DNA of 44,010 bases, counting the filler, from Okamejei kenojei (lineage: Eukaryota), in the NCBI GenBank assembly GCA_035221665.1. It is 2 parts of 2 records of this genome, joined end to end, with 100 filler letters (N's around TTAATTAATTAA, not from the genome) between each part and the next. Parts side by side here need not be neighbours in the genome. Positions count along the whole stretch, not along the records: positions 1 to 20,058 come from JAVHYY010000275.1; positions 20,159 to 44,010 come from JAVHYY010000050.1. One strand, written 5' to 3'. Positions 11,783 to 24,173 of the stretch are shown piece by piece (position 1 is the first letter of the stretch; every line of letters begins with the position of its first letter). Both the position numbers and the translations under genes were made by a program. The notes under the pieces are model-generated. The model was given only the letters and a program-made list of their open reading frames with translations. It made no database searches and was not told the origin of the DNA.

Positions 11783-13130
11783 ACCATCGACTGCTCGCAA
11801 ATGGCCATCTTGGCCAGGCCCAGGAACAAACTGACAGTGGAACACACTCTCTTCCTTGCCGCAGAAAATTAAGGCGGCGGACGAGCTTGTGAACCGACTC
11901 AAATGTTTATTACACGCCACCGCTCTGTACAACAGTCTCCACCCCAGGTCCCCAATGTAAAGGGGAACAACTCCCTTATAGAAGGACCCCCCCTGGGGAC
12001 CTCCCCGCCTTCCGGTGGCAACACCGTCCGCCATGGTGTGTTGTGATGGGAGACGAAGGCAAGGAGGTGCAGAATGTGCAGGAGCATTCTGTACAATGTG
12101 AGTCTCTTCGCATCATGAAATGGCATGCTGGTCATCTCAGAAATGCGGCTCAGATTGTGTGGAGCCAGTGCCCGAGAAATATCCTGGAGCCTAGGCCCGA
12201 TGAGCAGATCTGACGGAGCAGGTGAAAGCTCAGTCAGAACCACTCTAGGCGCCCGCCTCTCCTCGACACTCGTCATGACAGGATGAGGACTGGCCACTCC
12301 CGCAGCCGCAACATCCCCTTCCCCTCGGGGAACAACACGCTGGCTGAAAACAGCCAAATTCCTCACTCTTAGCACATCCCGAGAGAAACTATGCAAGCCC
12401 CTTAAGGGCGGGTCGACTGATGCCCACCACTGGTAGCCGCGAGACCCCCCTTAGGCAATGCCCCCGACAGAAAAGATACGTGGCCAGAGCGTGCCATCTG
12501 CGGGGGTTCTCTACGTACATGTATCTCCGCAGGATCCTGAGACGGGAGTCGCCATCTGGGTACGCACGCATACCAAGGACTGGCCGCCCTCCTCTCACGG
12601 GAGACTCAGGACCTCCGCAGGAACCCAGTGCTTCCTATTGCCCCAAAAGAAATCTAACAGCTGTAAAGCATTTACAAATATGGAAGTCGGGAGAAGAGTA
12701 GCCAGCCGGTACCAAAACATGGAGGCCACCAGCTGGTATATGACCAGCAACCCCCCCCCCCCCCCCCCCCCCGCCCGCCCGAAAGGAAAGAACTCCAAGC
12801 AGGCCTGACCAGCGCCCCAGCCGGGCGACCACTTTCATTTCCAACTCCTGCCAGTTTGCCGGCCAAGCATCCTCAGTGGGACTCGGGTACACCCCAGATA
12901 GAGGAGGAGCATGGTACTCCACGCATACATTGGTCATCTCCTCTGGCAGGGAGTCTACCTGCCTCTGACCCCACTGAAAGTCCAGAGCACTTGGTCAAGT
13001 TAACCCTGGCAGAAGATGCAGCCGAGTAATCCTCTGGCAGTCACGCATCCTCCGCAGGTCACCAGGATCAGTGAACGTAAGGAGTACATCGGCATGCACC
13101 AAAAGAACCACCTCCACCCCCGGGCCAGGT
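11783..13130 (-). mobile_element. Tx1-like (L1 clade) LINE ORF2 fragment, degenerate
   Basis: LYIGDLGWRLLYRAVACNKHLSRF..CGKEESVFH (C-terminal zf region), NWQELE..RLGRW, QLVASMFWYRL, and a HADV remnant of the RT motif. Confidence 0.8.
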
Positions 13131-13860
13131 AAACATAGAAAATAGGTGCAGGAGCAGGCCATTCGGCCCTTCGAGCCTGCACCGCCATTCAATATGATCA
13201 TGGCTGATCATCCAACTCGGTATCCTGTTCCTGCCTTCTCTCCATATCCCGATCCCTTTAGCCACAAAGGCCACATCCAACTCCCTCTTAAATATAGCCA
13301 ATGAACTTGCCTCAACCACCTTCTGTGGCAGATCTTTCCAGACTCACCACTCTGTGTGAAAAATGTCTTCCTCATCTCGGTCCAAAAGGAATTCCCCCTT
13401 ATCCTTAGACTGTGACCCCTTGTTCTGGACCTCTCCAACATCGGGAACAAACTTCCTGCATCTAGCCTACCCCCTTAAGAATTTTGTAAGTTTCTATAAG
13501 ATCCCCCCTCACTCTTCTAAATTCTAGCGAGTACAAGCCAAGTCTATCCAGTCTTTCCTCATATGAAAAGCCCTGACATTCCCAGGAATCAGTCGGTGAA
13601 CCTTCTCTGTACTCCCTCTATGGCAAGAATGTCTTTCCTCAGACCACCAAAAACTGTATGCAATACTCCAGGTGTGGTCTCTCACCAAGACCTTGTACAA
13701 CTGCAGTAGAACTCTCCAGCTATTATACTCAAATCCTTTCGCTATGAATGCCAACATACCATTTGCTTTCTTCACTGCCTGCTGCACCTGCATGCCTTTC
13801 TTTCAATGACTGGTGTACCATGACACCCAGGTGTCGTTGCATCTCCCTTTTTCCTAATTT
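13131..13860 (-). mobile_element. CR1 3' fragment
   Basis: QVQQAVKKANGMLAFIAKG, RTRGHSLRI, and tail aaacatagaaaatagg. Confidence 0.9.
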
Positions 13861-14652
13861 CTCGACTTTCAGCAGCACACACGGAGGGGTCCAGGAAAGA
13901 GACTGGCAGAAGTAACGACACACCCCCAAGGCATTAAAATGTTACCTGGAAACTACAACCCAGCAAGCCTGTTTTAATAATTGGAGATTCCAAAATTGCC
14001 AGGATCCCGGAATTCTCCAACAATAAAATACAATTGGACAGCTATCCAGGAGCCAAATGTATACATGCCACTACCATCCTTGACAAATTGGGCCAATGCC
14101 CAGACACTCAAAAAGTAATTCTCTCGTTTGGCATTAATCATAAGGAACAAAAACCACAGACTGCCATCAAACAACTCCAAACACTAATGAATATGGCCAG
14201 TCGTAAATTCCCCCAAAAAAAAAAAAAAAAAAAAAAAAACCTAATGCCAGGATATGGATCCCTATGATCAACTTCAGCCAGTCTCTCCCAGCACCAGAGC
14301 AGGACACACTCAGACAACTTAATGACTACATACCAGAAACACATTCCCAGCATTCACCACCTGCCAGTTTAAAGTAGTCCACAGACCACGTCCCACTGGA
14401 CAGAACCCACAGCCCGAGCCATGATCAGAGAATGGATGAAGCATTTAAACTGTTAGGGACACCATGCCAAGAGAGGCAGGACCCACAATTAGGGAAAACA
14501 ATCATCAACCTTTCTAAGACATTCTCCCTTACCGAAACCCAAGAGAGGGTACTGAACAGAGGCCTCACCTTCGTCCCTACTCCCAATTCCCACAAGGAAC
14601 AAGTGCAGGGTGAACTACACAGATTTTATCGATCCATTAAGTTAATACATCA

Positions 14653-17585
14653 TAGAAATATAGAAAATAGGTGCAGGAGGAGGCCATTCAGCCCTTCGAG
14701 CCACCACCGCCATTCATCGTGATCATGGCTGATCGTCCCCAATCAATAACCCGTGCCTGCCTTCTCCCCATATCCCTCGACTCCAATAGCCCCTATCTAA
14801 CTCTCTTAATTCCATCCAGTGACTTGGCCTCCACTGCCCTCTGTGACAGGGAATTCCACAGATGGAGGAGGAATGACCGGGGTGGAAGGTCTTCATAGAA
14901 TCATAGAAAATAGGTGCACGAGTAGGCCATTCGGCCCTTCGAGCCTGCACCGAAGGGAAGGTTTTGAATTGCGCACAGCAATGTATTTAGAAACATAGAA
15001 ATTAGGTGCAGGAGCAGGCCATTCGGCCCTTCGAGCCTGCACCGCCATTCAATATGATCATGGCTGATCATCCAACTCAGTATCCTGTACCTGCCTTCTC
15101 TCCATACCCCCTGATCCCTTTAGCCACAAGGGCCACATCCAACTCCCTCTTAAATATGGCCAACGAATTGGCCTCAACTACCTTCTGTGGCAGAGAATTC
15201 CACAGATTCACCACTCTGTGTGAAAAACGATTTTCTCATCTCGGTCCTAAAAGACTTTCCCCCTTATCCTTAAACTGTGACCCCTTGTCCTGGAACTTTC
15301 CACAACATCGGAACAATCTTCCTGCATCAGCCTGTCCAACCCCTTAGATTTTTGTAAGTCTCTATGAGATCACCCCTCAAATCTTCTAAAATTCCAACGA
15401 GTACAAGCCGAGTCTATCCAGTCTTTTCTTCATATTGGAAAGTCGTGCCATCCCAGGAATCAGTCTGGTGAACCTTCTCTGTACTCCCTCTATGGCAAGA
15501 ATGTCTTTCCTCAGATTAGGAGACCAAAACTGTACGCAATACTCCCAGGTGTGGTGGGCCTCACCAAGACCCTGTACAACTGCAGTGAACCTCCCTGCTC
15601 TTGTCTCTCGAAATCCTTTTGCTATGTAATGCCAACATACCATTCGCTTTCTTCACAGCCTGCTGCACCTCTGCCTGCATGCCCACTTTCAATGATGGTG
15701 TACCAAGACACACAGGTCTCGCTGTATCTCCCCTTTTCCTAATCGATCCCCCTTCAAATAATAGTCACCTTTCTGTTTTTGCACCAAAGTGGATAACCTC
15801 ACATTTATCCACATATCACTCCATCTTCTGCCATGCTTTTCCCCCACTCACACAGTCTACTCCGTCATCCTGCAGCTCCTAGCATCCACCTCACAGCTAA
15901 CACTGCCCCCTTCTTCGTGTCATCCTCATCGCGCAAACTTTGAATGTTGCATTTTCAGTCCTCGTTCAAATTCCCAAAAATTTTTTTTTTCAATGTATAT
16001 TGGTAAATAGGTGGGGGTCCCACAACGAGCCTTGCGGCAGCCCCACTTTTCCACTGTCTGCCTTCCTGAAAAGTACAACGTTCACTCCTACTCTTTGCTT
16101 CCTGTCTGCCAGCCAAGTTCTCTACCACATTCAATACTGAACCACCAATACCGTGTGCTTTAAGTTTGTATACCAATCTCTTGTGTGTGACCTTGTCGAA
16201 AGCCTTCTGAAAGTCCAGATAAACACATCCACTGCTCTCCTCCCTTATCCACTCTTACTAGTTACAATCCTCAAAACATTCAATAAGATTCTCAGAACAT
16301 GATTTACCCATCGTAAATCATGCTGACTATGTCCAATGATTTCACCACTGTTCCCAATGTGCTGTTATCCCCATCTTAATAATTGACTCTGTCAGTTTTC
16401 CTCCCCACTCCGGAGTTTATACTAATTGGTCGTAATTCACCGTTTTCTCACTCCCTCCTTTTTTAAAAATTGGGTTACATTAGCTACCCTTTCAATCCTC
16501 AGGAACTACTCCAGAATCTAAAGAGTTTTGAAAAATTTAATCACTAAGGCAACTGCTATTCCTGTGGCCTACTTCCTTAAGGACCACTGGAAGCAGCCTA
16601 TCTGCCCTGGGGAATTATCGCCTTTAAACCATTAATTTACCAACCCACTTTCCGGCTAACCTGACATAACTCATTTCCTCCATCTCAATTGAACCCGCGA
16701 TCCCTGCTATTTCCGGAATTTATTTAATGTCTTCCATGTGAAGACAGAACCTAAGTAGTTATTCAATGGTCTGCCAATGTCCTTGTTCCCCATGATCAAT
16801 TCACACCGTTTCTTCTGACTGCAAGGGACCTATATTTGTTTTACTAATCTTTTGCGAGTCACATATCGATAAAAACTTGCAGTCAGATTTTTATGTTTCC
16901 AGCCAGTTTACTTTCCTATTCCATTTTTCCCTTTCCTATTATAGCCCTTTGCTTTTCCTCCTCTGTTGGTCTCTGAATTTCTCTCCCATCCTCTGGCTAA
17001 ATTGTAGCACTTCATCTTTTTCTTGGTACTATCCCCTGATTTTTCCCTCGTTATCCACGGATGCACCACCTTTCCCTGATTTATTCTTTTGCCATACTTG
17101 GTAAAGATGAACAATGTTTTAGTTCATCCATGCAGTCTTAAAATGCTCTTCCATTGCATATCCACCGTCAACCCTTCAAGATCAATTGCCAGTCCACCTT
17201 GGCCAAATTAAAACGTCTCATACCCTCAAAGTAACCTATAAGTTCAGGACCCTGTTTTCTGAATTAAAAATGTCACTCCGCATCCTAATGAAGACCTCAA
17301 CCATATATGGTCACTCTTGCCAAGGGGCCATGTATACAAGTCTGCTAACTTAAGCTTCCTCATTACTCAATATCCAGTCTAGAATGGCCTGCTCTCTCGT
17401 TGGTTCCTCTACATGTTGGTTTAGAAAACTATCCCGCATACATTCCAAGAAATCCTCTTCCTCAGCACCCCTGCCCATTTGATTCACCGAATCTATATGT
17501 AGATTGAAATCAACCAATATAACTGTTTTATCCTCGTTGCACGCATTTCTAATTTCCTGTTTGATGCGATCCCCAACTCCACTAC
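14653..17585 (-). mobile_element. Composite CR1 insertion (long ORF2 copy 14988-17585 plus two short 3' ends), 7-bp TSD TACATCA
   Basis: TACATCA at 14646-14652 and 17586-17592; removing the insert restores the host frame LIHHF. Homologous to 28950-31267, with many indels. Confidence 0.85.
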
Positions 17586-19782
17586 TACATCACTTCAGTG
17601 GCGCAGAGCCTGGCGAAAGTATTCCCTTTAGGCCACTCACAGGATGGGCCTCAGACAACGAGGATGTTCCTAGAGAGATAACAGAATTTATAACAGAGAC
17701 AGCATCAGCCATTGGGAATATGCCTACAACGAAAGATAAGTCTAACCTCACCAGAAAAGAGAGGCAGGTCTTGAAGAGCTGAGGAGAACAATGAGATAGT
17801 GATCAAACCACATCATGGGAGCAGTATAGTCATCAATGGACGACAACAGTACCTCTTTGAGGCACATAAACGACAACTGAACAAGATAGAACACTACACT
17901 AAGTTAGGTGACCCATATATAAGACACACAAAAAGAAATAGGGACATTTGGAAGAGCAAGACCATAAGGATTCAATCCTAGAAAACAAGTAGAATACCCA
18001 ACGGGACCACAACCATGGTCTATGTCCAAATCCGTTCCTCCCCGAAACCCACCAAACCTCCCAAGTACAGATCATCTCCCAATTAGAAATACCGGCAGTT
18101 AGGCCCATAGTGTCAGACTGGTAGTACGAATCCTATGGGTGTAGCAGAATACATTTGACACACTACCTTAACCCACTGGCACAACAACACCCAGCTACAT
18201 CAAAGACACCTACCACTTCCCCCGAATATTAACTCCTCAACAATACCGCCCAATGAAACTCTTCACCATGGATGTGGAAAGCCTGTACACAACAATAGTG
18301 ACAGACAGGGGTATAACAGGAGGGGAAGTTAAAAACATCCTACAGAGAAATCCACCCAGATAAACAGACATGGCCCTAGTTAAACTACTTTGATTGGGGT
18401 TTGACTAAGAATGACTTTTGAATTTAACAGGAGTTCTATTTACACGTCAAAGGACAGCAAGGTGAAGAAGTTGCCCCTCTGTATGCCACATATACATGCA
18501 GAAAGGGAGGAGACATTTTTCCCACCAATGGTCCTAAGCTCCCAATGTGCTACTAATAGATTCCTAGATGACATTTGGGAGTGTGGGACACACTCAGAAG
18601 GGGATTTGGAGGAATTTATTGACATACTCAATGCCCACCACCCATCCCTTCCAACAAGGCAAAGGCCATTACAAGCCATGAGAGGGTGGACTTCCTTGAC
18701 ACCACTGTCTTTAAACTACCATCAGATTACCAGGACCATAAACTCGCACCAATAGTCTTTTTTTCAATACCCACAGAACCCACACCCTCCTACACACCGC
18801 AAGCCACCACCCAAAACACACATTTCAGGGTATTGTAAGTCACAACGACCGCTTCCACGTAAGGGAGGAGGCCTTTTCAAACCAGCCCACAAGCACCCTC
18901 TTCCACTGCCCTCAGGCAGATTTTTTTACTGCAAACGGAAATTTAAGACAACATCAAGTCAGATTTTTCTAAAAAAGCATACAAGCGCCCATACCTAGGC
19001 CCGGGACCACTTTGAAATTTACACAAATAACAAGATATTTCAACATGGCATTCAGGCCCACAAAATAGTCAAGGGCCATTTTGAACAATCCAAAGGGGAT
19101 TAGCCAAAATAAAGGGGTACACAGGTAATGTCAGCATTCAAGAGGGCTAAAAATCTGAAGGACACTGTCAGTACAACTCACACACAGGCCCAGACATTGG
19201 GACAGAGGACGTGGGATCCTGCACCCACTTAGTAATACCAAAAAATATAGAGAACAGAGTAACAGGGAAGAGAGGCAATAGCACAGAGGTAACCCGTGAG
19301 CAAAGAATGTGTATGCAATTATATGTAAGAGTGTAACCTACTGTACATATGCGTAAACAGGTAACAGCAATCAGAGTCAGACTGCCAGGACAACCACAGC
19401 AAACCATCACAAAGGGGGAAACCAATCCATACCATTAGCAGACACTTCCAGCAACATGGGACCAGTCCCTAGAGATCATTTATGGCCTGGAAACAAACAT
19501 CAATTGGACAATCGAGGTGACAAAAAGAGCAGAGAGGCTATGGATAGAAGCTCTACAGCGAAAGAGCCCAATTGCCTAAATCTAGCATAAACTCAAACCT
19601 AGGGTGGATCCATACTGACTCCGACCAATCTATGGAAGGGCAGTGTAAGCAAATAGATTTGGCAAAGGGTGATGAAACCGTGGGGCCAAATACCGAAGTG
19701 ACAGTACATAGTGAAAAGGAATCCCAGGGGGAGATCAACCAGCACCAAGAAGGCATGTTGTCCCACTGTCCTATAAATAACA

Positions 19783-20010
19783 ACCTAACCCTAACCTTTT
19801 ACCCCAACCCAATACCCTAACCCTATTACCCTAACCCCACCCCTAATCCTAAACCCAGCCCGACCCTAACCCTACAACCCCCAACTACCCTAACCCACAT
19901 TACCCTAACCCTAACCCATATCAGCTGCTTTCTGAGCCGGTTGTCTAGCTGCGTTAGTGGTGGCCGGGGCTGTGGCCACGTCCTACCCTAACCCTAACCC
20001 CCAACCCCCA
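19783..20010 (+). repeat. Degenerate telomere-like (CCCTAA)n repeats
   Basis: Multiple CCCTAA/ACCCTAA/CCCCAA units, interleaved with a duplicated tcagct.ctttc..agccggttgtctagctg unit (19921, 20020). Confidence 0.85.
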
Positions 20011-20058
20011 CCCCCATTTTCAGCTTCTTTCGTAGCCGGTTGTCTAGCTGTGGTGGTG

Positions 20059-20158
20059 NNNNNNNNNNNNNNNNNNNNNNNNNNNNNNNNNNNNNNNNNN
20101 NNTTAATTAATTAANNNNNNNNNNNNNNNNNNNNNNNNNNNNNNNNNNNNNNNNNNNN
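20059..20158. other. Assembly gap with an artificial six-frame-stop linker (N44-TTAATTAATTAA-N44)
   Basis: Symmetric 100-nt gap with a centred TTAATTAATTAA. Confidence 0.92.
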
Positions 20159-20980
20159 AGCGTCGGTTCTCGATGTTAATTCCCGTGATGGCGGGACTGA
20201 CATATGAAGAAATAATGGGTTGAGTGTGCTTGTATTCACTGGCATTTTGAAGGATGAGAGGATATCTTATAGAAACATATAACATTCTTAAAGGGTTGGA
20301 TAGGCTAGATGCAAGAAACATGTTCCCGATGTTGCGGGAGTTCAGAGCAAGGGGCAAAAAGTTTAAGAACAAGATAGGCCATTTAGGAGTGAGATGAGGG
20401 AAAATCTCTTTCACCCAGAGTGTTGTGAATCTGTGGAATTCTCTGCCACAGAATAGAGTGGAGGACAATTCACTGGATGTTTCAAGATATAGTTAGATTT
20501 AGCTCTTGGGACTAAAGGATTCAAGGGATATGGGGCATACACAGGAACAGGTTCTGATTTTAGATGATCAGCCATGATGAAATTGAATGGCGGTGCTGTC
20601 TCGAAGGACCGAACGGCCTACTCCTGCATCGAATTTTCTGTTTTTCTGCTTCTAAATGGCCTACCACTTATTTTTAAACTGGTACCTCTGTTTCTGGACT
20701 CCCTCAATATCAGGAACATTTTTCCTGCATCTAGCCGATCCAATATGCTTGCTATTGAGGCAATGCAAGCGTTCGTTCACAATGTTAATTCCCGGGATGG
20801 TGGGGCTGTTAAATGCTGAGAGATGGAGCGGCTGAGCTTGTATACTCTGGAATTTAGAAGGATGAGAGGAGATATTATTAAACATATAAGATATTAAGGT
20901 TTTGACACGCTAGGGGCACGAACCATGTTCCCGATGTTGGGGGCGTCGAGAACCAGGGGCCACAGGTTGAGAATAAGGTT
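20159..20980 (+). mobile_element. Cluster of CR1 3' fragments (mostly +; short - piece about 20650-20735)
   Basis: Homology to the CR1 ORF2 C-terminus and 3' UTR elsewhere in the window. Confidence 0.8.
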
Positions 20981-21281
20981 GACAAACATGCTGGATGCAC
21001 ACTCAGCGGGTGCAGCAGCATCGATGGAGCGAAGGAAATAGGCAACGTTTTGGGCTGAAACCTTTCTTCAGTCCTTATTCTTCGGAATAAGGTTATTTTG
21101 AATATTGCATGGAGAACGGTGGATGTTTGTTCAAAAGTGTGTAAGTAATGTCCACAGGGATGTAATCTCGTTGCCTGTTTTTCCCTTTACTTACTTTATA
21201 AATATGCCAGATATTTATTTGTTTCGCTGGCAACCGCTGAGCGGCTGCACAAGGAGTGATTGCCTGGACCTGCGCATTCAA

Positions 21282-23943
21282 ATGCATACTATTTCGATCG
21301 CGGGCAAAATAGAACGTGTGTATTATCCGATTCTGGCAGCAATCGGTATACCTGGTATGTAATTGTCGGAACATCGCATGGAACTAACAAAGACTGTTTG
21401 AAAAGCACAGAGTATTAAGAGAATATTAAGAGTATTAAGGTTAAGAGAACATACCGAGTAGCATGGATTAGGGCGGAACGCTGGCGCCGCGCTTGAGCAA
21501 TTGTCCTACAGCGCTTGTCTGTACGGATTTGTATGTTCTCCCCGTATCCTTTTGGGGTTTCCCCGCGATCTTCGGTTTCCTCCCAGGCTCCATAAAAGTA
21601 AAATAAATTGCCCCTTGTGTCTGTAGGCTACTGTTAGTGTGCGTGATCGGTGCGGATTAGGTGGGCCGGTGGTCGTGTCTTCGCACTGTATCCCTAACCT
21701 AAAATAAAGTAAGCGATGTGCATGTTAGGAGCGAGGAAGCGCGTTGGTATATTTGATGGATGCCGCTCATTGAAGCTGGCGGAAATGTAGCCCTCGCGGC
21801 TTTTTCTACAATCAATCCCCGTACTTGCGCTTTTGGGAGGTGAAACGCAATTTCGTCTTCGCTATGAGTGATAGTTTATTTCCCAATGTGATACTGCACT
21901 CGGCAGAACGAGAGATACACCCCGTCCAGTCATTTGGCACTGCATTTTCTGTATCGCTCTTAAAATCTCATAGGGATAATTTCGCAGTGACAGATTTGAA
22001 TGTCGTAGGAACAACCTGCTCAACAAAAAAGGAGTACAGATAATATAAACTACAAGTGCAGCAATCCAGTGACAACAAATAACTGGTTAACTCAGCCAGT
22101 CTTGCAGCATCTCTGGAGGACCGACGCAGTCGAGGTATCGGGTTGGGATCATTCTTCCGATCGGAATCCGAAGAAGGGGCTCGAGCAGATACGTCGCCTA
22201 TCTATGTCCTCCAGAGACATTACTTGCGCCACTGAGATACTCCATCACATGTTCTTGCCAGGTACAGTACGGAGACACGCCCGCAGTTCGGCAGAAAATA
22301 CCTGTGCGTTACGTTGTTAGCCTTGTTCGTGAAGGGTGTTTGTAATTATATTTTCTGCGCTTCACTGAAACCCTTTCCTTGGTCTCATGTTCGGAAATAT
22401 ATTCTCGAAGGTCCAATGGAAAACAGACCACGTTAATCCAGAACTCGATTGACTCAATGCCCCGATGCAAACGTTGCTCACGTCTCAGCAATAAAAATAA
22501 CGCTGCGCATTTGAATTTCCCGTAATAAAAATGAGATCAAATATTTGATATTGGGAGAATCTCCTCTTAATTCTGATTTGATCGACAGTAATTTGTATTG
22601 TTCGTTTCTTTTTTTAGATACACTGTCCGTCCTGTTGAAAATGTTCTATATATTACACCATCGTCAAACGATTGTCATAATGTTGTAATGATTAGTACAA
22701 AAAGGCAATCCCACTAATTTTGGTTAACAGGATTTTAATCATTTGCAGATTTAATTCCAGAATACCAAAATTAGATTGCCTTTTGTACTGATATTTCCAT
22801 CTTTATGTCAAACATTTATATATGGCAATCCTACTAATGTTGGTAATCAGGAATTTAATAATATGCTGTATGAACATCTTTCTGGCAAACGTTTAACGGA
22901 TGAGTGACCAAATATTGATTCGTAAAATAAATACTCTCTACTACTAGCGACACAGAATTAAATTACTCCGTCTGCTCCCTCCCACCAGCCCGTACACCAC
23001 ACAATTAATGCATTTCTGTTTTCATTCTTTCCCAGTGAATCTGATGGCGATAGTGATCTTGTCCCGTGGCAAGTGCGGCCTTTCCAAGTGCATCACTCGT
23101 TACATGGTAGTCATGGCGACCGCGGACCTCTCTGTGATTCTCTGTGAGGTGATACTTCACCGGATTGCTGATCTGTATTGGTGGCATGCTTCTTTGCCCT
23201 ACACCCATGTGTGCAAAATAACGATCTTCCTGGCATCCGTCACGGTGAATTGTTCTGTATGGTTCACAGTCGCTTTCACCTTTGATCGCTTTGTTGCGAT
23301 TTCTACTCAGAAAATGAAAATCAAATATTGCACCGAGAGATCCGCGTCGACTGTTATCCTGACAGTGATCCCATTCGTCTGCCTCAAAAACCTACCCTTG
23401 CCTTTTGCATACACTTCTTTTGGCAGAACGGGTAAAAAACTGGGTTGCCTGAAACTCGTATATTTTTACGTTCATCCCGAATGGATGGTGTTCTCTTGGA
23501 CCGAACAGTTGTTAACCCCGGTGATTCCATTCTGCCTGGTTTTGCTCTTTAACGCGCTCACCGTCAGGCGTATTTTCGTGGCCAGTCGGATCCGGAGGAA
23601 ACTCCGAGACCTCAGCAGTGGGGATAAAAAGAAAGACCAGGAGATGGTGAACCGCAGACGGTCGGTTGTTTTACTTCTGGCAATCTCTAGCTGCTTCATC
23701 CTTCTTTGGGCCACGAGTGTTGCACATTTTATTGCGGTTCGAAGTTTGAAAGTGTTTATGTACAAGGCCTGGAGAAACCCTATGGAAGGATTGGACAAGG
23801 TTGGATGTATGCTTCAACTGCTGAGCTCCTGCACCAACACGGCCTTTTGCAGTGTGACACAGAGCAAGTTCAGAGAGGAGCTGTACCGTGTGCTAAAATA
23901 TCCGATCCTTTGCACTGGAAAGATATGTAAATCGGTAAAGTGA
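21282..23943 (+). CDS. GPR139/GPR142-like class A GPCR, two exons (21282-21354, 23036-23943), 326 aa
   Basis: Exon 1 MHTISIAGKIERVYYPILAAIGIP with phase-1 GTATGT donor; acceptor ttctttcccag at 23035. The splice gives GIP-V-NLMAIVILSRGKCGLSKCITRY. Seven hydrophobic segments, TADL in TM2, SVWFTVAFTFDRFVAI in TM3, RRRSVVLL, SSCTN..TQSKFREEL. 981 nt with no stops. Confidence 0.92.
21470..21710 (+). mobile_element. Degenerate HE1/V-SINE-like element in the GPCR intron
   Basis: tttgtatgttctccccg..ggtttcccc..ggtttcctccca core and a gtgggccg..ctgtatccctaa tail; homologous to 40720-41080. Confidence 0.7.
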
Positions 23944-24173
23944 TAGGTAGAATAATATAATAAAAACGAGTGACCAGCTGGGCTTCATGCTCTGGGGTTT
24001 ATCGGAACATATACCATTTAATGTGTGGACATTTGATGTCATTTCGCCCTGTCGGTCACGCCCAGGTGCTTAGGTGGTTCATGTGCTCAATTGAGTCTCA
24101 CCGCATGTACCTATTCCCAAGTGTTCAGTTCAATCATACAACTTATGTTGTTTTTCATCAATATGCATACATA

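Larger units (their letters stand above)
13930..20058 (+). mobile_element. Penelope-like retroelement (RT + C-terminal GIY-YIG), heavily frameshifted, interrupted by CR1 at 14653-17585
   Basis: IINLSKTFSLTETQERVLNRGLTFVPT (14500-14580), SNLTRKERQVLK and IKP (17740-17810), RPIVS (18100), LFTMDVESLYT (18260-18290), RFLDDIW (18558), VYAIIC..C..Y (19310-19350), HFQQHG..GLE..AERLWI (19440-19550). Confidence 0.8.

Noticed and set aside
14147-14155. Perfect nonamer ACAAAAACC
   Set aside because: No CAC heptamer at 12 or 23 nt, and it lies inside the Penelope-like element.
20103-20114. TTAATTAATTAA palindrome
   Set aside because: It is centred in a 100-nt N gap and is a six-frame-stop contig linker, not biological.
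23008-23035. ORF-track start MHFCFHSFP for the GPCR
   Set aside because: This is the intron polypyrimidine tract; the real N-terminus is exon 21282-21354.
23472-23798. Antisense ORF in the GPCR and the many 60-200 aa ORFs over LINEs and N gaps
   Set aside because: Shadow frames of real or TE coding sequence, or read-through of Ns; no independent motifs.
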